Of a DNA stretch of 64,000 nt, positions 25,257 to 37,884 are shown in pieces (within the stretch, counting starts at the first letter, position 1; every line of letters begins with the position of its first letter). Source of the stretch: Blepharisma stoltei ATCC 30299 (Eukaryota; Protista; Ciliophora); the NCBI GenBank assembly GCA_965603825.1, contig CBFDEM010000033.1:1-64000 (forward strand). Reading direction: 5' to 3'. The position numbers were made by a program, and so were the translations under genes. Below the pieces are notes generated by a model, which was given only the letters and a program-made list of their open reading frames with translations, was not told the DNA's origin and made no database searches.

Positions 25257-26060
25257 TTAATTGTCATCTAGCAATTCTTTTGCGTCAAGATTGTAGATTT
25301 GCCTGCTTTCATAAGGAGCAGCTGATTTCAGACTCTTTTTTTCAAAAACCTCAATCATGTTTTGGTTTGATAGTGGCCTTTCTTTTTTCTGTTTTATTGA
25401 CTTCATTGGCCTTCTTGGAGTGTTTGGTGACATACTTTTAGCATTTGCCTTAGAGAGGTTCAAGCAATCCCTAGCTGTAGTAATAAATGTATCCTTGCTT
25501 TGCAAGGAGCTCATTTTGCTTGTCTTCGTCCTCTTGAAGGTGTGCAAGAGAGATTCTTTCAGCGTATTCAGTTTAGCAATCTTATACCTGGGGACATTAG
25601 GCTGCATGGCATCAACTGTGAATTCTCCTCTAGGCAGCCCAAAGCCTGATCGTGTCATTTCTTCGTACTCTTTAATATAAGGCACTTCTTTCCTGAGCTT
25701 TGGACTCTTATCAGCCATTAGATCTAACGCCTTGCTGAATTTGAGACTGTGGCAATCGAAAGTCGTTTTAGTTTCGTCAAATTGGAATTTAGGCTTTTCT
25801 TCAACCTTATTCACTTTTAGGTCACTTATGAAACGATTTGGAGAACGATCTCCTCTGGAGATTATTTTATTTTTCTCTTCATTGCTGAGAACTGCTACAT
25901 ATTTTACATGAAAACAATCAGGAGATTCGGCACTTACACCCTGCCTTATATTGGGAACGACCCCTTTGTGAAAAAGCTTTTTAGGAGGTGATGGGTTTGA
26001 TACAGAGTATTGGCTACGGAGGTAATTTGGAAGATCTTCACTAACTCCACAGGATTTCAT
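25257..26060 (-). CDS. Hypothetical basic protein (267 aa)
   Basis: Long ATG-TAA ORF with coding-like composition. Confidence 0.75.
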   Translation of the reverse strand: MKSCGVSEDLPNYLRSQYSVSNPSPPKKLFHKGVVPNIRQGVSAESPDCFHVKYVAVLSNEEKNKIISRGDRSPNRFISDLKVNKVEEKPKFQFDETKTTFDCHSLKFSKALDLMADKSPKLRKEVPYIKEYEEMTRSGFGLPRGEFTVDAMQPNVPRYKIAKLNTLKESLLHTFKRTKTSKMSSLQSKDTFITTARDCLNLSKANAKSMSPNTPRRPMKSIKQKKERPLSNQNMIEVFEKKSLKSAAPYESRQIYNLDAKELLDDN

Positions 26061-26582
26061 GAATTTAATGATGAATTAAGAAATTGCAAATTAAAAAATT
26101 AAAAGGCTCTTATTTATTATAAGGATAATTTCAGGTAGTTAATATTCATATAAGCCGGAACTAATTTTATAATTCTTCATAAGTATTTGCAATTATTATT
26201 TATTATTCATTTCTGCCTAAAAATGATAATACCCATAAAAAGTTTTAAAAGGAACCATAAAGAGAGACAAAAGATAAATCCAAATTTATTATCGCACTGC
26301 AATGCTTTTTCAATTAGTTTTCCTCGAACGTCTATGATTCTGATTTTTAATTAGGCATTTAAATAGGTTATGAGAAAATTCAGCAAAAAAGTTATATTGT
26401 TTATCACAAGTATATCGTTATTAAAGCCAAAAGCAAATATAAAAGATGGCGCAGACGTGAATAAATATTCTCAGTCCACCACACAAACCTTCAGCCAAAC
26501 TTAGCGTTTTTCAATTCAAAATTTCTTTTTCTGTCAGTATTGCTATTAATAAATTGATCTGTCTGATAATCGTTTTATATAA

Positions 26583-26816
26583 ATGGGTTGCTCTGTAATA
26601 AGATCATATCATGCGTCTATGAATCCTACTTGTGAAGTGTCTAACAATAAATTTTTTAAACCAAATGAAAGCCAGATTAATCAAATAAGCAACTGCAATG
26701 AGTCAAATGCAGATTATTCCAAAAGTTTTTCAAAGTCAAAAGTATTCGTTTTCAATGTAAACGCTGGGCAATACATTATTGAGATCTCTGCGCCGAAGTC
26801 TCTGGAGAAGATATAG
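26583..26816 (+). CDS. Small protein with MGC acylation-type N-terminus
   Basis: AAAATG start, 77 aa, TAG stop. Confidence 0.55.
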   Translation: MGCSVIRSYHASMNPTCEVSNNKFFKPNESQINQISNCNESNADYSKSFSKSKVFVFNVNAGQYIIEISAPKSLEKI

Positions 26817-27564
26817 TACATTGCACTCTTTTATTATTTGCACTTTATGCACTATCTTTTTGGCATGTGAAGATCCAAACTTCACAGACCTTCAAATGCC
26901 AAAAAAAATTATTCATAGAGTGTCGATCTGAAAATAGTGAAATGCATTATAGAAGATATCGAGATCAGCGATTTATGCTAATTTAGCAATTTTGATTGTA
27001 CACAAACTATGTGAGTATATGGGTTAAAATTATGCGTTTATTTTAAATTCATTTTTATTGATAATTTAAATTTGAGCTTGTGATTATTGGCTGTAACAGT
27101 ATTTAATCATTTCTATAAAGGAGATGAAAAATAAGATAGTTGTAATTGATCTTAAAAATGAGCTGAAAGCCTGCTGAAGACTATATTCGCTAAAAATATT
27201 AAAAATAAAACTCAAAAAAGTAAACTATTAGATTTGAAATAGATCCCTAACTATATGCTTTGTGACCCTGAAAGTAATCAATAAAAACCAAAATTTATTA
27301 AAAATTTTCCTATCTGACAGAAGTATATTCCTGATGTCTCTATGCTGTAACTCATTGTGTGATTTAAAATTATCTCTGGATAATTCCTAAATATAGATTT
27401 AGGGTCTCTTTAGAAATATTATTAAAAGGTAGATTTTTAAAAATATTTATAAATATTGTAAGGAAGCTTATGAAAATAAGAATTTTAAATGCACAGATTA
27501 TAAATTGAGATAATAGCATCTAATCAAGCTATTTTGACTTGTCTTATGCATGTGCTTTTATATT

Positions 27565-28896
27565 ATGGAAACTTTCCCTATAAAGATTTTTGAATCTTTT
27601 TTACAAGATTTTCAAATTGAAGATCTCAGGAATTTTTGCAAAAGCCTTAATCTGTTTGGTTCTGGAAGTCGATTCGAGGTTATTGCTCGATTATATAATT
27701 ATTACAGCACTAAATCAAAATCCCAAGATCCCTCTGAACTAATTCACCAACTCTGCAAAAGCCAGAATTGCCAAGTGCCTCGGCTAAACTGCATTTGCAA
27801 CCAAAAATTCTCCCGCCTTCAGCTTATCCAGTGTTCTCTTTGCCGTAGCTTTCAGCACAAGCAATGCATCAAAAATCCTAACATAATCCCATATGAATGC
27901 TTCATTTGTCAGCTTCACCAAATGAATCCCTTAGAAGAGATCAAAGAATTCCTAGTTCCCCCTTTTTTATGCGAGAATGGGATGCAGAGATCGCCTCATT
28001 TTACAAAAAATTTTGACTACTCCGAAGAATTTCGTAAAAAAATCCAGCTTGGGAATGGAAATTTCCAAATCCAAGTAAGATGCATCAAGCTAGAAGGAGA
28101 CCCTTATACTCAGCAATGACCTTTAGCGGGCTGTCTCATAATTAATGATAAATTAGCAATGCTATTTCAACCCCCAAATATAAATGCAAAAAAGCGAAAA
28201 GACCAGCCTTTAAATATAACCACAATTCTGAGATCAGACTCACCAAACAATATTTGCCTCTTGCAGGATGAAAAAATTGGCAAGTTTATATGTGGAGTCG
28301 CTTTGATACAAGAGAAAAGCAACGAAAGTCTAATTGAAGAAATTAAAAGCCAGCCAGGAGTATCTGTGGATGAAGGCAAGGTATTTATTAATACAATTTT
28401 AGCTCAAGGAGACTCTGATGTAGTCTCCGACAGCATCAAATTTTCTATAAAATGTCCAATCACCATGACTTTAGTTGAAATCCCAGTGAGAGGAATAAGA
28501 TGCACTCACATCCCCTGCTTCAATTTAGGACCTTATATTAATCTGCAGAGATACTCCAAAGTCAATAGATGAAAATGCCCAATTTGTAAGAAGCCAGTAA
28601 ATAAAATGACAATAGATAGATTTGTCGAGCAAATGATAATTGCAGCAAGGACGATAGAAAATGCGAGCCAGATTGAGCTATTCTCGAATGGGACGTTTAG
28701 GATCATTTTGGATGAAATTAATAACTCAGATTCAGAGCAAAGTGACGAAGAAATCAAGAAAAGGCGAAAACTGAAAGAGGAAGAAGAAAAAGTCCCTGAT
28801 GAAAGTATCAAAATGGATAAAGAAATCCCATTAAGCAGCAGGCCAAATAAGAAAGACGGCAAGGCATCACCTGAAATCATAGAGATTTCTGACTAA
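27565..28896 (+). CDS. SIZ1: SIZ/PIAS-type SUMO E3 ligase (SAP, PHD, PINIT-like, SP-RING, C-terminal SIM)
   Basis: LRNFCKSLNLFGSGSRFEVIARL (SAP); CIC...QC..C...QH..C PHD; CPIT...IPVRG..CTHIPCF...(TGA=W)KCPIC SP-RING; EIIEISD. Alternative ATG at 27550. Confidence 0.9.
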
Positions 28897-28983
28897 TCAA
28901 ATTGTAAACAATTCTTTTTTTTTAATTGGACAATAATTACTTAACCTATTGCTCAGCACAATAAACTCAAAATCTCTATCAAA

Positions 28984-29529
28984 ATGGGACTGATAGAAAA
29001 ACTCCAACAATGCATGGAATTCATCGCGACGAAGTATTTTCTGGTATGTAATAATTAGATTTGGTATTTATCCACTGCGATATTCTTTATCGTTCTGCTG
29101 TACTCACAGCTTTTCTCTCCAAAAAAAGTTTTTATCTCTTGAATCCTGTCATCTGGCATACAGTTTATAATCCGCCTCTACTACTTAAGCCACGAGGAGT
29201 CTCCTGAGCAAGAGCGCCAACGGTACATAGAGCTTGCCATTGAAATCTTGCGAAATTACCGCGGAGAGCTACTTTCTTTATATGCGGCATCATTACGAAA
29301 TGAAGACAATAACGAAGGGGCAGCACAAGAGGCTATCATTGATCTGCCACACATAGAAGCTATAGAGAAAGGCTACTGCTGTATCTGCATGAGCGATATT
29401 GTAGAAAGCCAACTTATAACAAAAATCAACTGCGTGCATACTTTTCATTCTGAATGTATAGATACCTGGCTTGAAACTCGAGCTGTTTGCCCTATATGTA
29501 AAGTGAAAATTCCTGCATCAATAATCTAA
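28984..29529 (+). CDS. Membrane-anchored RING-H2 E3 ligase
   Basis: Two hydrophobic segments, one TGA, one intron; CCIC...CVHTFHSECIDTWL...CPICK. Confidence 0.87.
29044..29058 (+). other. 15-nt intron GTATGTAATAATTAG
   Basis: Removes in-frame TAG; A10. Confidence 0.9.
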
Positions 29530-29662
29530 TTATCCAGCTGGATTAAATTTTAAATTTTGTGTGTTCTAAATTTCGATTATGAAATTTTGTTTTAAAACTG
29601 ATTAAATTGATATTTTACTAAGAAATCTGCTTTTAATTGGAATTTATTAACTTGATACAAAA

Positions 29663-30766
29663 ATGCAATCCAACTTCGATCGTCTCCCCACAATCCCAGA
29701 AGAAAACGAAGCAATTGAGCTGATGCAGGTCGACAGCAACTCTACACAAGTGGACCCGAAGCAGCTCGAATCGGAAAGGGCAAGCGAAGTGGTTTTTCAA
29801 CTCTTATTGACTTCAATAGAAGCAGCTTTTCAAGCATTTCCCAATATCACTAGTCAGACCTTTGCAGGCGCTGTTTCAGAAATCAATAAATTCCTATCAT
29901 ACCATCATACATATGATGACAGTGAAATGACTGATTATTTATGCCACAATGTCACAAGACTATTAGAAAATTTTACTTGAAGTCAAGAAGTCAGCAAATG
30001 GCTGAAACTCAAATGGTCAGACATCGTCAAGGACATTATGAACAATAAACCTTCAACCTATTACCCCGCAATAGATCAGCTCACAGAGGCTGGATTTTCA
30101 GGCATCAGAAATTTGTATGGAAACTTGCTAGATTCCATTCAAAAAACTCCTTTAAAAAACTGCAGGTTCTCTCCAAAGCTGAGTGACTGGGAAGGCTTTT
30201 TCCATCAGAAGTCACAAGAGCTGAAGCAAAACACAAAAAAATTGAAAGTTCAATTAAAGCTGAACCCTGGAGTTGAGCCACCTCAGATTAAAAGAGTAAC
30301 CAGAGAATACTACAAAACTGTGAGAAGACCTTACACAGAGTGAAACACCTTTATTCATGAAGAAGAATTTGAAGTCGACGTACAGCCGTCATGTGTGATG
30401 GTTCCCATGATCCATAGAATATGCAGCCCATTCACTGAAACAAAGCGAGAAGTCGTCACCTATTACGCTCCAGCAGGCTGGGAAGTGACAAGGGTTGGGG
30501 CCAATGTAATGGACGGCCACTTTAAGACTGCCAATGTCAGAAGGGTAGGTTTCAGAGAAAATCGAGCGATGGCAGAAATTGAGGTGGTGTTTCCTCGACT
30601 AATTAAAGATCGGGTTTGATGCAAAGTACAGATTGAAGGTGTGATGTCGAGAAAGAGGATCCAAGATGTGCAGGTTGGAGAAGTGAAATCAGTCTTTGTC
30701 ATTGTGGATGACTATGGAGAGCATGAGCTGCCACAAGGATTCTTAGAGGATGATACAGAGATTTAA
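29663..30766 (+). CDS. Hypothetical protein (367 aa)
   Basis: Three same-frame track ORFs joined through TGAs; TAA at 30764. Confidence 0.8.
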
Positions 30767-30884
30767 GTAGATATAACTATCATATTAATAATTTGTAAAA
30801 AAGCTTGAAAAATTAGCACTATTTCATAAATCATATAAAATTGGGTTTAAATTTTCGATTAAATATGATATAAACTTTAACACA

Positions 30885-33395
30885 ATGGCAAAAGTTGGAG
30901 AAGTCATGATTTGCGGAATGGAAACTAATGGCAATTTGGCCTCACTTGAAGGATACAACGGCCGAACTGTTGATTGTATAGGCGGAGGCTTTAATAAGCT
31001 TTATATCGTAGAAGCAGCAGGCCAAGTAACTGCTCTTCAATCAGACACTACAGAACCCCCAGATGAATCAGAAATCGAAGTTCTAGAGAAACTTGGACTA
31101 AAAAATATCAAATGTGGGATGTTTCACTCAGTTTTTCTCACAAAGAATGGCTTTGTTTTTACTTGTGGGAATGGGGTTTTCGGAGTTTTAGGCCATGGAG
31201 GAGCATTTGCGACCAAAACTCCTCAAATTGTGAAGGCGCTTTCCGATAAAGTTGTCATGGATATTGCATGTGGGGAAGCTCATACATTGGCGCTTACAGA
31301 AGGTGGAGACATCTATGCATGGGGAAGAGGCTTTGAAGGCCAGCTAGGGATCAGGAATTCTATTGAGGCAGTATCAGTTCCTAAATATGTGGATGCATTT
31401 TATGGGAAAACAATGGTAAAAGTTGCATGTGGGCAAAGACACTCATTAGCGATTGACAGTGAAGGGGTTTTATATGCATGGGGAGAAGCTAGATGTGGAC
31501 AACTTGGCAACGGAACTCATCGGCAAATTAAAAGACCCCAAGTAGTCAGCTTTCCAGAGGGAGTCAAAGTCAAAGAAGTGTCGGCTGGCTCTGGGCACAC
31601 TGCAGCATTAAGTACTGAAGGCTGCATTTATCTTTGGGGGTATAATCATTATGGCCAGCTCGGCCTTGGAGACCAAAACCCTCGATGGTTTCCAGAAATC
31701 GTCAAAACTGACTACTCAGGCCTGCCTCTCCTAAAAATAGAAAAAATCAAATGTGCAGTCAATGCGACATTTTGTATTGATATTGAAGGAAAAGCTTACT
31801 CTTGGGGAAAAGGCATGATAGGTCATGGTAATATATTGATCCAATCATCTCCTAAAAAGATTGATATGAATACAGACTATCGCCAATATTCTCAAGTCTA
31901 CGCATGTGACCACACTGTATTATTCTTTTCTCCCCTCAGAATTTTCTCTATATCCCCTATATGTGGTCCTGCTTCAGGTGGTACAAAATTAGCTCTTATA
32001 GGAACTGCTTTTTCCCAAACCGAGAAATTAAAGGTCAGATTCCGCTATGGCCATCTACAAATAGAAAGTGAATGCAAGCTAGACCCAGCGACTTCTTCAT
32101 TAGAGCTAATCACTCCAAAGTTCATTGATGACGGTGAAGAAATACAGCTTCCTATAGAATCCTATATAGACGTCACCATGGATGGCGAGCACTATGTGAC
32201 TTGTGAAAAAAAATTCCTGATTTATTCCAATAACTTGATTTCTCATGCAATCAACCCTAAATGTGCTTCAGTATCAGGCGGAACCTTGCTAGAAATCAAC
32301 ATTGATTTAGATATGATGGACAAATCCTGACTTTTCCACTTAACTGTAGGATTTTTGCCTAAACCTAAAGGATATCATATGAATAAATCTATCAATACTG
32401 ATGTAACACCCAGCATGATCAGAAGAGAAAGCCACGACGAAAGCAGGATAAGCATAAGTTCAGGCAAAATGGAAGACGCAGATTGGCAAATGACAAGTGG
32501 AAGATACATTGATGGAAAAGTCCTGTGCAAGGTTCCGACTCTGTTTGAATATGATGAAAATTCTATGGGGTATGTGGTAGATGTCGCTATTAATGGACAG
32601 CAATTTACAGGAAAACCAATTAACTTTAGGTATTATGACATCGAAATCTTTGAAATGGTGCCAAACTCAGGCTACAGCAATGAAGGAACCACTGTGAGGA
32701 TTCTTGGAAGAGGTCTTTATGATAGCAGTGCTAAAAAAGTAAGAATCAGCACTGAGTATGGAGAACGAGAAGTATCAGTGAACTGGGAAAGAAAAACAAA
32801 ATCTTACTTGTGTGTGATTCCACCGTTAAGCTGACTCTTTGGAGGAGAGGAGCCAGATCCAGCTGTGCTGAGAAGTGTAAAAAGCAAGCCAATCAAGTTA
32901 GAACTGACTTTAAACGGGATCGAGTACACTGCTTTGCCACCATTTTATTACATTGATGTAAAAATCCTAAGAGCTTCCAAGGTGAAATTTGATGAAAATC
33001 TTCCAATTCCAGTTAAAACAGAGCTTTGGGAACGAGAAGAGCCAGAAGAGCACGAGGATCCAGAAATCAAAGCTAAGCGAGAACAAGAAGAAAACATCGC
33101 CATGCAGCTCCCATGCAAGCCAAACACTCGGCTTTTCTTATGGTGCGATGGCCTTATCAAGACTCCTACCATGATAGCTCAATTTGTATTAAATAACAGT
33201 GCAATCCAAGTCCCAGGAATCTACAAAAACTCCAAAAGGCTAGCTGTAATTGTGCCTGACCTCGGAGACATCCCAACACCAGCTGACGTATCTATCGCGC
33301 TTAGCCTGAACGGACAGACATTTTCAAAAGAAACAGTAAACATCAAATACGTTGGGCTAAGCGCCCACGATGAGCCGCCTAAGAGAAAGCGTTAA
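30885..33395 (+). CDS. RCC1-repeat plus IPT/TIG-domain protein (836 aa)
   Basis: IACGEAHTLAL...YAWGRG..GQLG repeats; ISPICGPASGGT and PNSGYSNEGTTV IPT motifs; two TGAs. Confidence 0.9.
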
Positions 33396-33417
33396 TTTAT
33401 TTAATCTTTGAAAAATC

Positions 33418-34338
33418 TTAGTTTTTTGTATTAGAAATCTTACTTTCATCGCAGCTTTCCAGCCACTTGTGCTGGTAGATTTCATCTATAGTAGGCCGAT
33501 TAATTGGATTTTTGGTCAGCATTTTCCTGACGCAGTCTTTGGCGTCTTCACTTACAGAAGCCCAGCAGCCTTCAGTCATGTTAATTTGATTATTTTTTAT
33601 TCGATTATAAATTTCTTGCTCGTTGCTCAGCACGAATGGAGGGCTCCCTGAGAGCATGGCATAGAGCGTAATTCCGAGGCTTCATACGTCACATTTTTCG
33701 TCATATTTCCCTTTGATTAGCTCAGGTGCCATATACGCAGGAGTTCCTACACATTTCTGCATGACTTCGCCTTTTGTGAAGTGCACAGCGTTGCCAAAGT
33801 CGATCACTTTTATTATAGGGTCCTTTGTTATTAGGATATTTTCTGGTTTTAGGTCTCTGTGGACTATTCCTTTTGAATGGCAATATTTAACTGCTGAGAC
33901 GATTTGCTTCATGTAGACGACAGCGTCGTTTTCTTGAATTCCATTATTTGCGTTGATTTTGTCGATTAAGTCTCCACCTCGGCAATATTCGGTCACAATA
34001 CTAAGACTTTTTGAATCTATGTAAACATCAAAAACTTCTATGATATTAGGGTGCGATAATAATCTCAAGATCTTCACTTCTTCAAGAATGCGGTCTATTT
34101 GTGATTCCGTCACTGTGCTAAGATTTATAGTTTTCACTGCCATTTGCTCATCTGTTGTTTTATGCCTTCCTAAGCGGACTTCTCCATATCCTCCAGTCCC
34201 TAATCTTTTGATGATTACATAGTCTTCAATTACTTTACCTTTAATCATATCGCTAAAGTCTTTTCCTGTGACACTGAATCTTTTGGTTTGGCTGCGAACT
34301 ACCTTATCTTTAGATTTTTTTGAATGGCAAGCACCCAT
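33418..34338 (-). CDS. CAMK/CDPK-related Ser/Thr kinase without EF-hands, MGAC N-terminus (306 aa)
   Basis: GTGGYG, HRDLKPEN, DFG, APE, DV(TGA=W)SLG. Confidence 0.92.
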
Positions 34339-35592
34339 AAATTAAATTAGAATTAGGTTTAAGCTATTTAAGCCCAAAAAAGGAAAAAGAAGAATGCGTT
34401 GAAAAGCCTTAAATTAATTTGCTAAAATTTGATACAAAAAAATAAAATAATATTAATTGAGTAAGAATGATATAAATCTTCAAACTGTAGATAAAATGAT
34501 CTATATAAAAGGGAAGATTATAGAATATTTCTTTGATTTTTATGGAAATAAATTTGCAACGTTTATAATAAAAAGCTATTATTTATTTAATTGAGTGTTG
34601 AGTAATAAGTTACGTTTTAAGTGTTTAATAGAGAATAGGAAAACTAATTAATACGCATTAAAGTTTTCATTATGATAAAGATATTTCTAATGAAATAAAT
34701 AAGGATTATCATTAAGAGTTAGCGTTTTGCATATTTTTGAGGGCGTTGTAGGTGCTAGATATGATTTTCTTGCAACGATCTTGGTAGATTCCTAAATAGC
34801 TCATATATTTTAAAAAGCAAATTAGGATTTCGTAATAATTTTAAAATTTGGAATTTAATTACCAATTCTTTTTAGAAATTTCAAAAATTAATAAATAAAA
34901 AAGAAAGCCATAACCCTGAATTTATAATTTAATGCAAAAAATCTCAAGAATAGATGAATGCTTCTTTAGTTACTATAATAATTTAGGAATAAGTAAATAA
35001 GAGAAGATTGCCTGTTTAATCAATCTGTATTTAAATTTGCTTTCAAAAATTATATGCTTGAGTTGAAATCATAATTTAAATAAGCTGCTCACCCTAATTA
35101 GTTGTGCTAACACCATAAATAATCATCAATTTTGTCTGGTTTCACCAGCTTCAATGCACTCAATTTGGTATAGTAAAACATAATTGTTACACATTTCAAC
35201 ACTGTATTGAATGTTGATCTACCTAATAATAAATTACTCATCGTGGCATAAATTTCGAATTTATTTTAGTGATAAATTGTTTGCAACTGCTGCAAAACTA
35301 CTTTTTGGCTCAATGCTGGCAATAATGCATTCATATTTCAGGCTATTTCAGCAACTTATAAATCCGAAATAATTAGATGGCTGCAATCACTATAAAATTA
35401 GTGTTTTTATTAGCAATTTAAAGATCTTCGTCGTTTTTGGAACATTAGACAGAAAGCTTGGCTATTATTGCTTTCGGGCTTTGGGACAAACTCCTTGAAA
35501 GTCTTCTTATTTTGATCTCTGACGCACTTACCATCTACCATCTTATGTTGATATCTTTTCCAAAATCCAGAAAGCTTATAATATTTATTTGC

Positions 35593-37184
35593 ATGAGTCA
35601 AAATTTACCAAGCAGGCGCTCCCAGGAGTTCTCTTCTCAAGATTCTAATAGTACTTTGACAGCAAAATGACTACTAGTTTCGTTTTTTAATTGCGATTTG
35701 CCTCGAGACATTATTAATGAGGCAATGAGAAATGTTTCTCCAAAACCATCCAAATGGATGGTGGCTAGAGAAATGAATTTACCAGAAAGCTGAACCATAT
35801 GCGTACTGGTTGAATATGAACGTGAAATGACCATTGATTCTCATATCTTTAATTTTTTTGGGGAGTAGGGGTGTGCAAAAAAATTTTTACTTACAATGGT
35901 TACATAAATAGACTCAATTGACTTAAAGCTGTGGACTCTGGAGCAATTTATCATGAGAGGTCTTCAAGCCTTAATAGTGAAAGGTACTATGAAAATCCAC
36001 AGGATATTATTGATCTCACTGAAGAAGAAGAAGAAGAAGAAGAAAATCATAAGACTCCAAGAAGATGCAGAAGTAGAAGCAGATCACCTAAACCAGCTAA
36101 AAAGCTTTCTCCTAGCATTTTGGGTCACCAATATAGAATGAGAAGTGATTCACCGCCTTCAAGTCCATCTCCTCCAAGAACTACAATAAATGAAATACCT
36201 ATAAGCATCAGAACTTCTTCAAATAGAAAATCCCAAGCCTCTCCTATCTCGTTGCCTCATGAAACTTCTGCAAATAGAAACAGCCAAGCCTCTTCTATTT
36301 CATTTTCCCATGGAACTTCTCCAATTTTAAACAGCCAAGCCTCTGCTATTTTAGTGCCCCACGGAACTTTTCCAAATAGAATCATCGAAGCTCCTTCTAC
36401 TTCAACTTCTCCTGCGAATAGCCCAACTCAACGTCATTACCCAGAAACTTATATAGGACCCCTTCCCGCAACTTACATAGGTCCCTTCCCTCCGAGGCCT
36501 GAACCTGTTGCTCATCATAGCTCTCCTCAAGAATTGCAGCAGGGTAATAATCAGTCAGATTCATTCCGTTTAGCAAATCAATCACCTCCAACTCTAGAGC
36601 CAAATGCAAATAGCCCAGCAAAAAAGCAAGCTGAATCAAAAAGGCCTTGTGCCAAAAAAGTATCTTTTGCAGAAGAAATGCTGAGTAGCTCACCAAATAA
36701 TGATCCTATTGGAAGCCAAAGAAATATTGGAAATTCCAACAGCCAAGACTCATCAAATCCTTCAAATGAGGCTCCAAGACCTGCTATGAAAGCACCCAAA
36801 AATTATATAAGGCCTCCTAATGAAGAAAATAGGCAAATTAGGCAGTTGGAAACTACTGAAAACCAGTCTTCCGGCCAACCAGAGCAAATAGCCAGAGACT
36901 TGGCAAATACAACAATTAGTTCTTCTTCAATTAATAATCAAGACCGTATTTCTATAAATCTGAACAATGAAAGCCAGATAAAAGTTGTTGAGGTGGAGAT
37001 CAAGGATAAAAGCCATCAAAGCTTGGGCAGCATTGAGTTCAAGTTAAATTTAAGACCATCTGAAGCCGAAATTCCTAATGGCAGGGAAAATTTCTGGGGT
37101 TGCCCAATCTGCGGAAACATCAATTCATCTAAAATCGAATTTTGCCCAATGTGCATAGCCCACAGATATTGGGCTAATAGCTAA
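35593..37184 (+). CDS. Frameshifted gene (~530 aa): Rep-like N-terminal domain, SIM-acidic motif, Ser/Pro-rich linker, RanBP2-type zinc finger
   Basis: ATG 35593 frame is open to TAG 35866; the -1 frame is open from 35853 to TAA 37184 with no suitable ATG of its own; IIDLTEEEE; WGCPICGNIN...CPMC. Confidence 0.65.
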
Positions 37185-37518
37185 TTCAATTAAGTAATTC
37201 TTAACAATTAAAAACGTATCTTAAATTCAGTATTCATATGTAAATCCTTTATTGTCATATTCTAATTTAAGCTGCATAAAATATTTATTTAAATGAAACA
37301 AAATAATTATTTATATAAAAAAACATAATCTTTTGCCCAATATCTTAACAGAAACTGATTTTCCTCACAGCAATTTCTTTTCTCCATAATAATTTGTATA
37401 AGCTGTAAAAATGAATATCTCCAGCTTTTGATTGAAATTATTCGGCACCTCCAAAAATAGCTAAATCCAGTCTAAGTGTATTTAGATTAAGAGTTGATTG
37501 AAAACTAAAGTTAAAGAA

Positions 37519-37884
37519 TTAAATTGCTCAAGAAGACATAAAGGACGGAAGGACAGGAATCAAAAAGTTATTGAAGCGAGGAGGATCGAGCACCGCGTAA
37601 GCCCCAACTGACAGCTTCGGTCTTTTGTTTGGCTGGAGGTCTTGTGTAGTGACTATCAGCAGAGGTGCTTTCAGGAGAGGCTGTCGAGTGTTGTGTAATT
37701 GAAGAGCCCTCGAAACACTTTCTGGGTGATCAAACTTGATCATGCAGTACTTTCGACCGAGAAAGCGAATACTTTCTATGCGCCCGCACCTTGAAAATAG
37801 CTCAGAGACTGCGTCCGCCTTCACAGTTGACCCGATGCCACTAACGAAGATGCGCTTGATTTCATCACGATCACGCTTTGCCAT
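37519..37884 (-). CDS. Single-RRM protein
   Basis: RIFVSGI (RNP2) and KYCMIKF (RNP1); ends TGA-GCA-ATT-TAA. Confidence 0.82.

Noticed and set aside
35050-35590. Short minus-strand coding-like stretches upstream of the Rep-like gene
   Set aside because: Frames are broken by TAA/TAG with no repairing intron or recognisable motif.
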